From an uncultured Phycisphaerales bacterium (lineage in GTDB: Bacteria; Planctomycetota; Phycisphaerae; Sedimentisphaerales; Anaerobacaceae): 64,000 nt of DNA. Positions 21,455-31,298 of the stretch are shown piece by piece. The stretch spans positions 512,001-576,000 of the forward strand of contig OY970359.1 of the NCBI GenBank assembly GCA_963718665.1, read 5' to 3'. The stretch's first letter is position 1. Every line of letters begins with the position of its first letter. The notes under the pieces were generated by a model, which made no database searches, was not told the DNA's origin, and saw only the letters and a program-made list of their open reading frames with translations. A program made the position numbers and the translations under genes.

Positions 21455-22582
21455 CTATCTGGCAGATAGTGTGGCATTAATCAGCGCCTTTAGGTAATCT
21501 ATAGTCCGTTGCACCTCATCCATTCGTCTCTGTTGCTCGATTGTCTGCTTCTTCATATCCCTAACGTCAACTCCGAGGTCGAGGCCGTAATTCCTCTCAG
21601 CCAAACGGAGCATATTCTCGTAAATTAGTTTTTGTTCATTGAGTAGCTTAAGCTTTGTGCGTAGAGTATTAATGTCTTTTTCAACAATAGGGACCTCGTC
21701 CCGACGTAACCTGTGGCCACGGTACCACTCAGAGGGTGGGGGAACGTAATTATATGTTATTGGGGGAAGATTTTCGATTTGTGTCTCAATAAGTTCGTTG
21801 GCATCTTGCATTTTTTGAATTTTATCACGTAATCTCTCTACCTTAAGTGCGTCTTTGGCCTCATCTTCCGATGAGCTGGAATCTTTATCGATGTTTTCTT
21901 TCGTTTCTTTCTGTTTTACAACAAATTCTTTTGCGAGTTTTTGGGCCTCGGCAATCTGGTCAGGATTCATCCTGGCGGTAAGGTCTTGTTTGATTTTAGA
22001 GACATCTACGCCATTCATACCTGCAAGTAATGCCCATTTGTACGCCTCGACATAATCTTCAATAACACCTTTGCCGTCATAATAAATTAAGGCAATGTGA
22101 ACTTGCGCAGTTGCATTACCCTTGACGGCAGCTTTTAAGAACCACTTGGATGCTTCGTTATAATCTTGAGGTACGCAGTTCCCATCGGAGTACATCTCAC
22201 CAAGCCTGCATTGGGCTGCCAGGTGACCTTTTACAGCAATTTTCGTGAATCGCTCACGGGCCTCATTGCAATCCTGTGGAACGCCATTGCCTTTAGAGTA
22301 CATCTCTCCGACTTTGAATTGTGCCTCTGTATAACCCTGCTCAGCGGCCTTTACGAACCACTTAAATGCTTCGTTGCAATCTTGTTGAACACCGTTGCCT
22401 TTGGAGTACATTTCACCAAGCTTAAACTGAGCACTTGGGTATCCCTTGTTTGCACCGTCAATAATGGACCGCAAATAATTCGGGTCTTGAGGCATCGAAT
22501 TGGGCTGTTCTGGTGAAGCAGCATACGTTGATGTGATTGCCAATAAAACGCATACAATAACCACAGTGTGTTTATCGAACAT
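21455..22582 (-). CDS. Secreted Sel1-like repeat protein with C-terminal coiled coil
   Basis: Signal peptide; four 36-aa repeats AQFKLGEMYSKGNGVxQD. Confidence 0.9.
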   Translation of the reverse strand: MFDKHTVVIVCVLLAITSTYAASPEQPNSMPQDPNYLRSIIDGANKGYPSAQFKLGEMYSKGNGVQQDCNEAFKWFVKAAEQGYTEAQFKVGEMYSKGNGVPQDCNEARERFTKIAVKGHLAAQCRLGEMYSDGNCVPQDYNEASKWFLKAAVKGNATAQVHIALIYYDGKGVIEDYVEAYKWALLAGMNGVDVSKIKQDLTARMNPDQIAEAQKLAKEFVVKQKETKENIDKDSSSSEDEAKDALKVERLRDKIQKMQDANELIETQIENLPPITYNYVPPPSEWYRGHRLRRDEVPIVEKDINTLRTKLKLLNEQKLIYENMLRLAERNYGLDLGVDVRDMKKQTIEQQRRMDEVQRTIDYLKALINATLSAR

Positions 22583-22762
22583 CTTATTCTCCTGCCTTTC
22601 ACCCCCATTATAACCAAGAAAAACCCTCAGTAAATCTTTTTCTTATACAATATGCAGAAATATTTTTGTGGTTTATGCAAGTAGGAAAAATAAGCGTGAG
22701 CACATCGAAACGACTGACAATTTACCTCCCCCGCTCTTCGTTTCCCGCCCCCCGTCTTCCTT

Positions 22763-23977
22763 TTACCTTGTGCCCTTATGGGCTTGCAGCCATTTGGTGA
22801 CCCACTGTTTTGCCTGGTCAGGGGACTGCAATTTTCCTTCCAGTTGGGCGATGTACATTTCTTTTGCCAATTGGCCAAGCGATGGGCCGGGGACAGCGCC
22901 GAGGGCCATAAGGTCGTGGCCGTTTAATAACGGCTTAGGCCTTAATTCCACGCCTTTTAACTGCTTTATCCTTTTGCGTAATTTGATTAAAGGGCCGACG
23001 GTTTGATTGCTCGCCTTTTGAATGGCTTTTTGTAAGGAGAAGAGGTCTTCAAAATACGGCTCAGATAACAGCAATTTCAATTCGGCCAGCGACAAGTCCT
23101 TTAGTAAACTGCCGCGATTATCTAAAAGGAATCCGATTTGTTTTTCCTGGTTTCTGCTTAGCTTGAGCAGTTCGCATTTTTCAATCGCGAAATCGGTCTC
23201 GAAGCCGACGAATAACCCCGCCAGGCCCAGAGGAAAATCGATTCTTTTAGGCAGATTAGCAAGCATACGAACAGCAAATCCAGTGCCGGGGCAGCCGCAG
23301 CCGGAAAAAATGCGGTGAGCCAGACCCGTTTCAATCAGCAGTTCTAATCCTTCGGCCCGGTTGGGACTGACCAAAATGCCTTCGAGTTCGGCGGCGATTC
23401 GCTCGCCGCTGATTTTGGTAATGTTTTTTGCGCTGGCGCATATCGCGGCTTTGGTTTTTGGCTCGATTGCAAAGCCGAGTTGTGTCGAGAACCTCACCGC
23501 CCGAAGCATACGCAGGTAATCTTCGCCGAATCTTTCGGCTGGTTTACCCACGGTTCGGATTATGCGTTTCTTCAAATCCGCCTGTCCCTTGTAGTAATCA
23601 ATCACCTTGTTGGCGATGGGGTCGAAGAACATTGCATTGATTGTGAAGTCCCTGCGTGCGGCATCTTCTCGTGGGCTGGTAAAACACACCTTCGAGGGAT
23701 GCCTGCCGTCGGCGTAGCCGGATTCAGTCCTGAACGTGGCAACCTCGATTTGAATCTTATCAATCAGGACGACGACAACGCCGAATTTCGCGCCGACCTT
23801 GAGTGTCCTGCGAAAAAGTTTAGCAACATCATTGGGCCTGGCATCGGTAGCGACATCGTAATCCTTGGGCTTTCTTTTCAGAAGCATATCGCGGACGCAG
23901 CCGCCGGCCAGCATCGCCTCGAAGCCTGCGTCCCTTAACTGCCTGACAATCCGAATTGCCACCTGTTTATTGGTCAT
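22763..23977 (-). CDS. cca: CCA-adding enzyme / poly(A) polymerase family tRNA nucleotidyltransferase
   Basis: GGCVRD, DYDVAT, RRDFTIN, EDYLRMLRAVRF; start set at MTNK because the upstream in-frame extension is palindromic repeat DNA. Confidence 0.88.
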   Translation of the reverse strand: MTNKQVAIRIVRQLRDAGFEAMLAGGCVRDMLLKRKPKDYDVATDARPNDVAKLFRRTLKVGAKFGVVVVLIDKIQIEVATFRTESGYADGRHPSKVCFTSPREDAARRDFTINAMFFDPIANKVIDYYKGQADLKKRIIRTVGKPAERFGEDYLRMLRAVRFSTQLGFAIEPKTKAAICASAKNITKISGERIAAELEGILVSPNRAEGLELLIETGLAHRIFSGCGCPGTGFAVRMLANLPKRIDFPLGLAGLFVGFETDFAIEKCELLKLSRNQEKQIGFLLDNRGSLLKDLSLAELKLLLSEPYFEDLFSLQKAIQKASNQTVGPLIKLRKRIKQLKGVELRPKPLLNGHDLMALGAVPGPSLGQLAKEMYIAQLEGKLQSPDQAKQWVTKWLQAHKGTR

Positions 23978-23995
23978 ACTAATCCTTGTAAAATC

Positions 23996-24074
23996 GAGAT
24001 TGCTTCGCTGCGCTCGCAATGACGAATACATGCGATTTATGTCATTGCGAGGAGCAAAGCGACGAAGCAATCTC
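23996..24074. repeat. Inverted doublet of GTCATTGCGAG...GCAATCTC elements overlapping the rsmD 3' end
   Basis: Arms 23996-24023 and 24041-24074. Confidence 0.8.
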
Positions 24075-24641
24075 TTTTTTAAGTATCGTTACCGCCATAT
24101 TGCCCCACTGGCGAGTTTCGACGATTTTAAGCGGCCCGTATGATTGCGACAAGACCGTATTTCGATGAGTGCGAACAATCACAAAGCCGCCCGCCGAAAC
24201 ACGTTCACTCAAACGAGTCAGCAACATCGCCAATGGCGAACCCGCCTGCGTATTGGCCGAATCAACATAAGGCGGGTCAACAAACGCAAGGTCATATTGC
24301 GGATGCTCGGCATCCATCGGCCAGGCAACACTAAATGCGTCGCTTTTAACTATTTTTGACTGCCCGCCAAACCCCGCCTTTTCGATATTCTGCTTAAGAA
24401 CAGGGGTAATTTGCGGATTCTGCTCTACGAACGTTACGAATACCGCCCCCCTGCTGAGCGCCTCAAGGCCCAGCGACCCGACGCCCCCGAAAATATCCGC
24501 GACCGTTTTATCCGCGGGCAGGTCGTATTTTTGCAGAACATCATAAAGCGACTGCTTGACCCGGTCGGTAATGGGACGCGAATCCCTACCGGGCGGGCTG
24601 AAAAGATTCATTCCGCGTTTTAAGCCGGCGATGATTCTCAT
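24042..24641 (-). CDS. rsmD: 16S rRNA m2G966 methyltransferase
   Basis: MRIIAG, RPITDRVK, GLEALSRGA, DPPY. Confidence 0.92.
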   Translation of the reverse strand: MRIIAGLKRGMNLFSPPGRDSRPITDRVKQSLYDVLQKYDLPADKTVADIFGGVGSLGLEALSRGAVFVTFVEQNPQITPVLKQNIEKAGFGGQSKIVKSDAFSVAWPMDAEHPQYDLAFVDPPYVDSANTQAGSPLAMLLTRLSERVSAGGFVIVRTHRNTVLSQSYGPLKIVETRQWGNMAVTILKKEIASSLCSSQ

Positions 24642-25048
24642 TTGTTCCAGTAATCGACGACGAGAACCTTATCGACGCATCCGCCGATTGATTTGCCGAA
24701 TTCTTTATGGGCAGGATGAATCAGATACGCATCCCGGTCGGCCGCACTCGAAAACGACACAACAAAACAATGCGTAAAACCTTCCGAACGGTTTTCGGGG
24801 CTGATGTTGGTCCCTGCCTCAAAACCCTTGACAACATCGATTTTGCCGGGCAGAGCCGCGAACGCCTGCTCAACTTCCTTTATTTTTTCCGGCGTCGTCC
24901 CTTCCTTGAATTTGAACAGCACAATGTGTTTCAGCATTTTAGGGCACTCCTTCTGACATTCGGTTTTGGCTGCAACGCTGCATTTTCCCGCGCAACACCC
25001 GCTGCATACAACCGCGATTATGACCAGACACAACATGCTTCTAAGCAT
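24638..25048 (-). CDS. Dabb (stress-responsive A/B barrel) lipoprotein
   Basis: KHIVLFKFK, GFTHCFVV, YLIHPAH; lipobox-like CSGC. Confidence 0.85.
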   Translation of the reverse strand: MLRSMLCLVIIAVVCSGCCAGKCSVAAKTECQKECPKMLKHIVLFKFKEGTTPEKIKEVEQAFAALPGKIDVVKGFEAGTNISPENRSEGFTHCFVVSFSSAADRDAYLIHPAHKEFGKSIGGCVDKVLVVDYWNK

Positions 25049-25204
25049 CTTCGATTACCTCCAATATTTATTTTCGTTTTAAAGCCGGCAATGCGGCAAA
25101 TTCTAACAGCACACAAGAGCAAATTCTACGCCAAAATCCTGCAAACATGCCGTGGTATCATAGCGTATTATAAATAACAAAGGGATTATTGAAAGGAGCA
25201 TATT

Positions 25205-25795
25205 ATGAACAGGATATTAGCAATAGCCGCAGCGGCGGTCGTAATCACGCCATTGCTTTTCGCGGCGGAACAAAAAATGACGAAGGCACCTGATTTTACG
25301 CTGACCAACTACGACGGTAAAACAGTCAAGCTCTCGGACTACGCAGGCAAAATCGTCGTGCTCGAATGGTTCAATTACGAATGTCCTTTCGCAAGATACA
25401 ACTATGAAAAGACAACCGCTGTTAACGACCTTGTCAACAAATTCAAAGACAAGGGCGTGGTATTACTCGCGATAAACAGCACAGGCCACCAGGAAACTGA
25501 GAAGAACAAGGAATTCGCGGAACAGTTCAAAGTGAGCCATCCGATTCTAAATGACAGCAAAGGCACAGTCGGCAGGGCATACGGGGCACAGACAACGCCG
25601 CATATCTTCATCGTCGATGCCAAAGGCAACATTGCCTACACCGGCGCATTCGACAAAGCCCCATTAGGCAAAATCCCCGAAGGCGCACAATATGTCAACT
25701 ACATCGACAAGGCCCTGACTGAGCTGACCACTGGCAAAGCAGTGAGCATCGCAGAGACAAAGCCATACGGCTGTTCGGTGAAATACGGGAAATGA
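25205..25795 (+). CDS. Exported AhpC/TSA-redoxin family protein
   Basis: APDFTL, LEWFNYECPF, YGAQTTPH, PYGCSVKY. Confidence 0.85.
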   Translation: MNRILAIAAAAVVITPLLFAAEQKMTKAPDFTLTNYDGKTVKLSDYAGKIVVLEWFNYECPFARYNYEKTTAVNDLVNKFKDKGVVLLAINSTGHQETEKNKEFAEQFKVSHPILNDSKGTVGRAYGAQTTPHIFIVDAKGNIAYTGAFDKAPLGKIPEGAQYVNYIDKALTELTTGKAVSIAETKPYGCSVKYGK

Positions 25796-25797
25796 AA

Positions 25798-26316
25798 TCA
25801 GGCGAATAGCTTGTTGACGGGGATGGCACAGAGACGAAATTTGTCGGCGGCAAGCGTTACCGTCTTCCACTTGGGACTTCGCTGTTTCATAAACTTTATG
25901 TAATCCGCAAGTCGCACGGCTAAAAACAAATATTTATCTTCGTTGAAGTCGAAAATCTCCCTGCCGTCGAAATCCACGTCGATATTTTGAAACCGGTACG
26001 CAAAGATAAATGCCGAGTCGTAATCGTCTCCGAGCGTTTTTTGCCACGCCGCCAAACCATCGACATCCTCCGTCGTTACCCAGCATTCCAGACGAGACAG
26101 GCCCGCCAGCGTTGTGCCTTTGAAGTGTCTGCCCTTCACTTCCGCGATTATCTTTTTGCCGGACGACGGGCACAGGAGAAAATCGAAACTCTTCAATTGG
26201 GACTTTTCATAAACCGGCTTATGCTGGTCCGCAGCGGGGACATATTCGATGTGGTTATCAATCAGCCAGTTCTCGAAGGCCTTCTCGTAATGGTTGGGTG
26301 CGTATTCCTTCATCAA
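25798..26316 (-). CDS. HYExAFE family protein (PD-(D/E)XK-like)
   Basis: N-terminal NHYEKAFE; SFDFL...AEVKGR. Confidence 0.8.
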   Translation of the reverse strand: MMKEYAPNHYEKAFENWLIDNHIEYVPAADQHKPVYEKSQLKSFDFLLCPSSGKKIIAEVKGRHFKGTTLAGLSRLECWVTTEDVDGLAAWQKTLGDDYDSAFIFAYRFQNIDVDFDGREIFDFNEDKYLFLAVRLADYIKFMKQRSPKWKTVTLAADKFRLCAIPVNKLFA

Positions 26317-26321
26317 TACTT

Positions 26322-27662
26322 TTAAATACTCGCCAGAAAATCCTTCAGTGGAATTGTTTTTTGATTGCCGCTTGCCATATCTTTCACAACTATGTTGCCC
26401 GCCTTGAACTCATCGCCAATTATTACGCAGTATTTAGCGTTCTGCTCCGAGGCGCGTTTAAGTTGCTTAGATAAATTCATGGATTGATCAACAGGGAAAC
26501 CCAAGAGGGATGAGCGAATGGAGACACCCGGAGGTACGGCTTGATAGGAAAGATTCGATATGATTTTCTGCTCCCTTAATTTGGCCGTTAGTTTTACGGC
26601 TTCTTTCCATCCCCAGAAGTTTGTAATCGCAACAAAATAATCGAGTGACTTGGAAGGAATTTTATTGTCGAGCAGTCCCTTTTCACGCAGCAGTATTTCA
26701 AGAATACAGTCCCCCATACCCATACCGGTTGCTGAAACAGTCGGCCCGCCAAAGTCACGCAAAAGATTATCGTATCGCCCCCCGCCGCAAATCGCGCGAA
26801 GGTCACCCTGAATATCATGCACCTCAAAGACAATGCCGGTGTAATAGGCTAGACCTCGGACAATACTTAGGTCAAGGATACAATATTCTTTGATACCCAT
26901 TAAATCTAAGTATTCCCAACAATCTGCAATATCGCCTATGGCAGCATCAAGTTCCTTCTCTATTTGAGTACCAAAAGAATTTATAACTTCCTCGAATGTC
27001 TTGTCCATAAAAGCGATAATCTGTTTGGCGAATTCAGAACCAACCTGCTCCGTCAGCATATTCGAAAATACCTCCGGGGGCAGTTTCGCCTTCTTATCCA
27101 ATAGCGCGTAAAGTGGATTCAGTTTCTCATCGGGAACGCCGATTTTTTTCAAAACCGCAGCTAAAAGTTTCCTGCTGGATATTTTTACTTTTATATCCTT
27201 GGGCGTAAGGCCGACTCCACGCAGGTAATCAACCGTCGTAAAAATTACTTCCGCATCCGCCAGCACACTGTCTTCGCCGATGATATCGATATTCCACTGG
27301 AAAAATTCGCGGAGGCGCCCCTTCTGAGGCCTTTCCGCCCTGCATAATCGAGGAACGGAAAACCACTTTATCGGCTTGGGCAATGCGTTGATTTTCTGGT
27401 TGACCATTCTCGCTAAGGTCGGCGTTATTTCGGGCCTGATTGCCAAATCCCGCTCGCCGCGGTCTTTGAAACTAAACAGTTGCTCGACGATTTCCTCGCC
27501 GCTTTTGATTTTGTACATATCGAGGTATTCGAAAATCGGCCCGTCATATTCCTCGAAGCCATTGCGAATCGAGGCCTTCTTCCAGCCATCCACAATCCAG
27601 TTATGGACGGCCATTTCCTCAGGATAAAAATCTCGCGTCCCTTTTACAGGCGGTATCTTCAT
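26322..27662 (-). CDS. hisS: Histidine--tRNA ligase
   Basis: KGTRDF, RPEITP, RAERPQKGRLREF, RGLAYYTG, GGGRYD. Confidence 0.97.
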   Translation of the reverse strand: MKIPPVKGTRDFYPEEMAVHNWIVDGWKKASIRNGFEEYDGPIFEYLDMYKIKSGEEIVEQLFSFKDRGERDLAIRPEITPTLARMVNQKINALPKPIKWFSVPRLCRAERPQKGRLREFFQWNIDIIGEDSVLADAEVIFTTVDYLRGVGLTPKDIKVKISSRKLLAAVLKKIGVPDEKLNPLYALLDKKAKLPPEVFSNMLTEQVGSEFAKQIIAFMDKTFEEVINSFGTQIEKELDAAIGDIADCWEYLDLMGIKEYCILDLSIVRGLAYYTGIVFEVHDIQGDLRAICGGGRYDNLLRDFGGPTVSATGMGMGDCILEILLREKGLLDNKIPSKSLDYFVAITNFWGWKEAVKLTAKLREQKIISNLSYQAVPPGVSIRSSLLGFPVDQSMNLSKQLKRASEQNAKYCVIIGDEFKAGNIVVKDMASGNQKTIPLKDFLASI

Positions 27663-27754
27663 TGTCCTTCGTCCTTAACGCTACACTTTTGGCGCCAAAT
27701 ACTATATGCTATACGAATCCCAGCGTCAAGAAATGCAGAGCAAAAGGAAACCAG

Positions 27755-28555
27755 ATGCCGAAAAATGAAATTGAGATAATTTACGAAGACGCCAACATAA
27801 TAGTCATAAATAAGCCCGCGGGCGTATCGGTTACAAATGACCGTTCGGGCAAACCACAGCTCACAGACCTTCTCGCCAAGCAGTTGGGCAAGGAGATGAC
27901 CGCTAAGCTGCGTCTCGTTCACCGTCTCGACAAGGACACCTCAGGCGTGATGATTCTCGCCCTGAACCGGGCCGCCCAGAGACAATTCGCGGATTATTTT
28001 TTCAATCGAACCGTCAAAAAAACATACCTCACACTCGTCAAAGGCGCGGTCCTTGACCCGGAAGGCGTCGTAGATGCCCCCATCGCCCCCTGCAAAAAAA
28101 AGCCCGACCTTATGATAATCGACCACAGGGGCGGCAAGGAATCCGTAACCAACTGGCGACTACTCGCGAACTTTGGCCTCGTATCGCTGCTCGCCGCCAC
28201 CCCGCTGACGGGCAGAACGCACCAGATTCGCGTGCATCTTGCCAGCATAGGCCTGCCCTTAGCCATCGATCCCCTATATGCAACCAGATCGCCGATTATG
28301 CTCTCAGAATTCAAAAGAGATTACCGCTTAGGCAAATTCCAGGAAGAAAAACCCCTCATCGAACGGCTCACCCTCCACGCATATCAGCTTGTCATTCCTG
28401 CGGAAGTAGGAATCCAGAATAACTGTTTCATTGCCAAGCTCGACAAAAAATTCACCGCGACAATAAAAATGCTCACCAAGCACAACCCCAAAGGCCCATC
28501 GGCCTTCTTCAATCCCACCGACTTCGACAGAATACTCGCAGGCCTGGCGATTTAG
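27755..28555 (+). CDS. RluA/RluD-family pseudouridine synthase
   Basis: NKPAG, HRLDKDTSG, TGRTHQIRVH, LHAYQL. Confidence 0.93.
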   Translation: MPKNEIEIIYEDANIIVINKPAGVSVTNDRSGKPQLTDLLAKQLGKEMTAKLRLVHRLDKDTSGVMILALNRAAQRQFADYFFNRTVKKTYLTLVKGAVLDPEGVVDAPIAPCKKKPDLMIIDHRGGKESVTNWRLLANFGLVSLLAATPLTGRTHQIRVHLASIGLPLAIDPLYATRSPIMLSEFKRDYRLGKFQEEKPLIERLTLHAYQLVIPAEVGIQNNCFIAKLDKKFTATIKMLTKHNPKGPSAFFNPTDFDRILAGLAI

Positions 28556-29085
28556 TAGAAGAAATTCTTTATCACCGGAAATGATTTGAAAAATTCAAAC
28601 GCCGGCTCATCCCTGCGAGTTATCGACAAAACATTTTCACCGAAGCCGACCTGCGCAAGGACATATCTACCAAACGCCAATTGCCCCATAGCAACCTGGC
28701 CGACGGCTAATTGTCCCAGGCCAAAGTAAACGCCTATGGCCGCCTGCCCTATTGTGGCAAGACCAATCGATAATTGCCCCAGGCCGAACAGAAAACCAAT
28801 CGCTAATTGTCCTATCGCGAGCAATCCGATTGACACCTGACCGATTGCGACAATGCCGCACGCGATTCGCCCGACGGCGATTACGCCCTTGGCACAGACC
28901 CGCCTTCCTGTTTCCGGGTTTCTGCCGTATGTGTAATGTATCAGCGGCAAACCAAGCAATCCAATGTGCGATTTGAACTCGTGAAAGCTCGTCCCATTCT
29001 CATAACCATACCGCATCCACGTCCCCATCGCCGTCTCTTCAATTTTATATTCTATCTTCTCAAGAAACGTATTGGGCATACTCAA
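28552..29085 (-). CDS. Hypothetical protein with Gly-rich GxxAIG repeats
   Basis: Repeated AIGQLAIG-type units after RRVCAKGVIAVG. Confidence 0.65.
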   Translation of the reverse strand: MSMPNTFLEKIEYKIEETAMGTWMRYGYENGTSFHEFKSHIGLLGLPLIHYTYGRNPETGRRVCAKGVIAVGRIACGIVAIGQVSIGLLAIGQLAIGFLFGLGQLSIGLATIGQAAIGVYFGLGQLAVGQVAMGQLAFGRYVLAQVGFGENVLSITRRDEPAFEFFKSFPVIKNFFY

Positions 29086-29094
29086 CTCTCCTGA

Positions 29095-29823
29095 TTATTG
29101 TGTCTGATTCTGTTGTGCTGCCAATATCGCGGCAAACGCAATAGCCGCGGTTTCGGTGCGAAGAATTGTATCTGATAATCGTACAAATTGAACGCCCCTG
29201 CTCCTCAAAAACGCTTCCTCGTTTTCCGTGAAGCCCCCTTCCGGACCAATCAAGGCAGCAACATCGTTTGAGCCAAAAGATTGCCCGGCTAATGATGGGC
29301 AATCATTCGACATACCTCCCGCGAGAATCCGGCAGTTTGGGCTGTCTTCTTTTATCGCTTCGATACAATACTGCGAATTCATCGGCGGGTCAATCTGGGG
29401 CAAAAATAATCGCTTGCACTGCTTACCCGCCGAGATTGCCAGGTTCATCCACCGGTCGAGCGCCTTCGGGTTGGCCGGCTGCCTCACCGTTCGCTCGAAA
29501 ATCACCGGGCATATCCGCTCAACGCCCAATTCCGTACATTTTTCAATCAGCCAGTCGAATCGCTCGCCCTTGGGAACGCTCACCGCAATAATAATACGCC
29601 GCGACTTCGGCATTTCGCTTCGCCGGACGTCCTCGATTTCGAGGGTAACGATATTCTTCCTTATTCCCGATATTACCGCCGTCGCCAGCCCGCCCAAGCC
29701 GTCGAAAAGCTCAACTTTATCCCCCGCATTCAGCCGCAATACCGCCAAGTGATGCGCCTCCGTTCCCTCAAGCTCAACTCTCGGCCCATCTATCGAATCG
29801 CAATAAAATCGATGTAATCCCAT
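29095..29823 (-). CDS. rsmE: 16S rRNA m3U1498 methyltransferase
   Basis: HHLAVLRL, EKCTELGV, IGPEGGF, ILRTETAA. Confidence 0.95.
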   Translation of the reverse strand: MGLHRFYCDSIDGPRVELEGTEAHHLAVLRLNAGDKVELFDGLGGLATAVISGIRKNIVTLEIEDVRRSEMPKSRRIIIAVSVPKGERFDWLIEKCTELGVERICPVIFERTVRQPANPKALDRWMNLAISAGKQCKRLFLPQIDPPMNSQYCIEAIKEDSPNCRILAGGMSNDCPSLAGQSFGSNDVAALIGPEGGFTENEEAFLRSRGVQFVRLSDTILRTETAAIAFAAILAAQQNQTQ

Positions 29824-29905
29824 AATCGACTCACGCCCGCAAATAACATAATTGACTATCTTCCACGGAATTTATAAACTACGGTCTTTAACGGGAAAAT
29901 GCAAT

Positions 29906-31228
29906 ATGCAGGAAAAGAATATAAAAATCGGTCTTGTGGGCTTCGGCACCGTCGGTGCCGGCGTCGCCAAAATCATCCTCGAAAATGCAAACGCTATCGC
30001 CGCCAAAACCGGCCTGCGTCTGGAGCTTGCCTGCGTGGTCGATGCCGACCTCAAAAGGCCCCGCCCGGTCAAGCTGCCCGATGGCCTTCTCACTAACGAC
30101 CTCAACCGGCTCCTCAACGATAAATCAATCTCAATCGGCGTTGAACTCGTAGGCGGAACCAAAATCGCAAAGGATATTCAGCTAAAAATGCTCGCCGCGG
30201 GTAAACACGTCGTTACCGCAAATAAGGCGTTATTGGCCGAACACGGCGCAGAGCTTTACGCAGCCGCCCATAAAAATGACCGCTGCATCGCCTTCGAGGC
30301 AAGTTGTGCGGGCGGAATACCCATCATTTCAGGCATACGAACCGGCTTAGCCGCCAACGACATCAAGGCAATGTATGGCATCGTAAACGGAACCTGCAAT
30401 TACATACTTTCAAATATGACCTCCAAAGGCGCCGATTTCGCAGATGCGCTCGCCCAGGCACAGCAAAAGGGCTACGCCGAAGCCGATCCCACCCTCGATA
30501 TCTCAGGCGGCGACAGCGCACACAAGCTCGCAATCCTCGCCTCAATCGCCTTCGGCTCCTCAATCGAAATGAAAGATATTTACGTCGAAGGCATACAACA
30601 CATCTCCAAAGACGACGTACGATTCGGCGGCGAAATGGGTTATTGTTTAAAACTGCTGGCAATAGCGGAAAAGAATGATAAAGGCCGAATTTCCCTCCGC
30701 GTACATCCGTCGTTTATCAGCAAAGAAAACCATCTCGCCAAGGTTGACGGCTCATTCAACGCCTTAAGCATCTTCGGCCACGCAGTCGGCAACGTTATGT
30801 TCTATGGCCGCGGCGCGGGTATGATGCCCACCGCCAGCGCGATTGTCGCCGACATAATCGAAGTCGCTCTCGGCAATTCCGCGACCACCTTCAAAAATCT
30901 CAATCTTAAGCCGCACGCCGAAATAGCGGGCTCGATTGATAAAATCGATAACCTCGTCAGCCGGTTCTACATCCGCTTAATGGTCAAGGACCAGCCCGGC
31001 GTCTTCGCGCAGATCGGCAAAGTCCTCGCCGACAACGCCATCAGCATTTCAGGCGTCCTCCAGCACGAAGCCACCGGCCAAGACAATACCGTCCCCGTCG
31101 TGGTTACCACTCATCCGAACAGACAGGATAAAATCACCGCCACCCTCAAAGGCCTTGCCGACCTCAAAGCCGTCTGCGACAAACCCGTCTGTATCCGCAT
31201 CGTCGATATACCTGAGGATAAGGAATAA
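29906..31228 (+). CDS. hom: Homoserine dehydrogenase with C-terminal ACT domain
   Basis: GFGTVG, VTANKA, NGTCNYIL, GYAEADP, GRGAG. Confidence 0.96.
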   Translation: MQEKNIKIGLVGFGTVGAGVAKIILENANAIAAKTGLRLELACVVDADLKRPRPVKLPDGLLTNDLNRLLNDKSISIGVELVGGTKIAKDIQLKMLAAGKHVVTANKALLAEHGAELYAAAHKNDRCIAFEASCAGGIPIISGIRTGLAANDIKAMYGIVNGTCNYILSNMTSKGADFADALAQAQQKGYAEADPTLDISGGDSAHKLAILASIAFGSSIEMKDIYVEGIQHISKDDVRFGGEMGYCLKLLAIAEKNDKGRISLRVHPSFISKENHLAKVDGSFNALSIFGHAVGNVMFYGRGAGMMPTASAIVADIIEVALGNSATTFKNLNLKPHAEIAGSIDKIDNLVSRFYIRLMVKDQPGVFAQIGKVLADNAISISGVLQHEATGQDNTVPVVVTTHPNRQDKITATLKGLADLKAVCDKPVCIRIVDIPEDKE

Positions 31229-31298
31229 TCTCTTTCCTTATCCACCCGCCTGTCCCCGAGAAGTCGCTCCTTTGGCTCTGCAACAGGGGAACCAGAAA

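Noticed and set aside
22100..22450. 108-bp DNA repeats
   Set aside because: Explained by the 36-aa Sel1 protein repeats.
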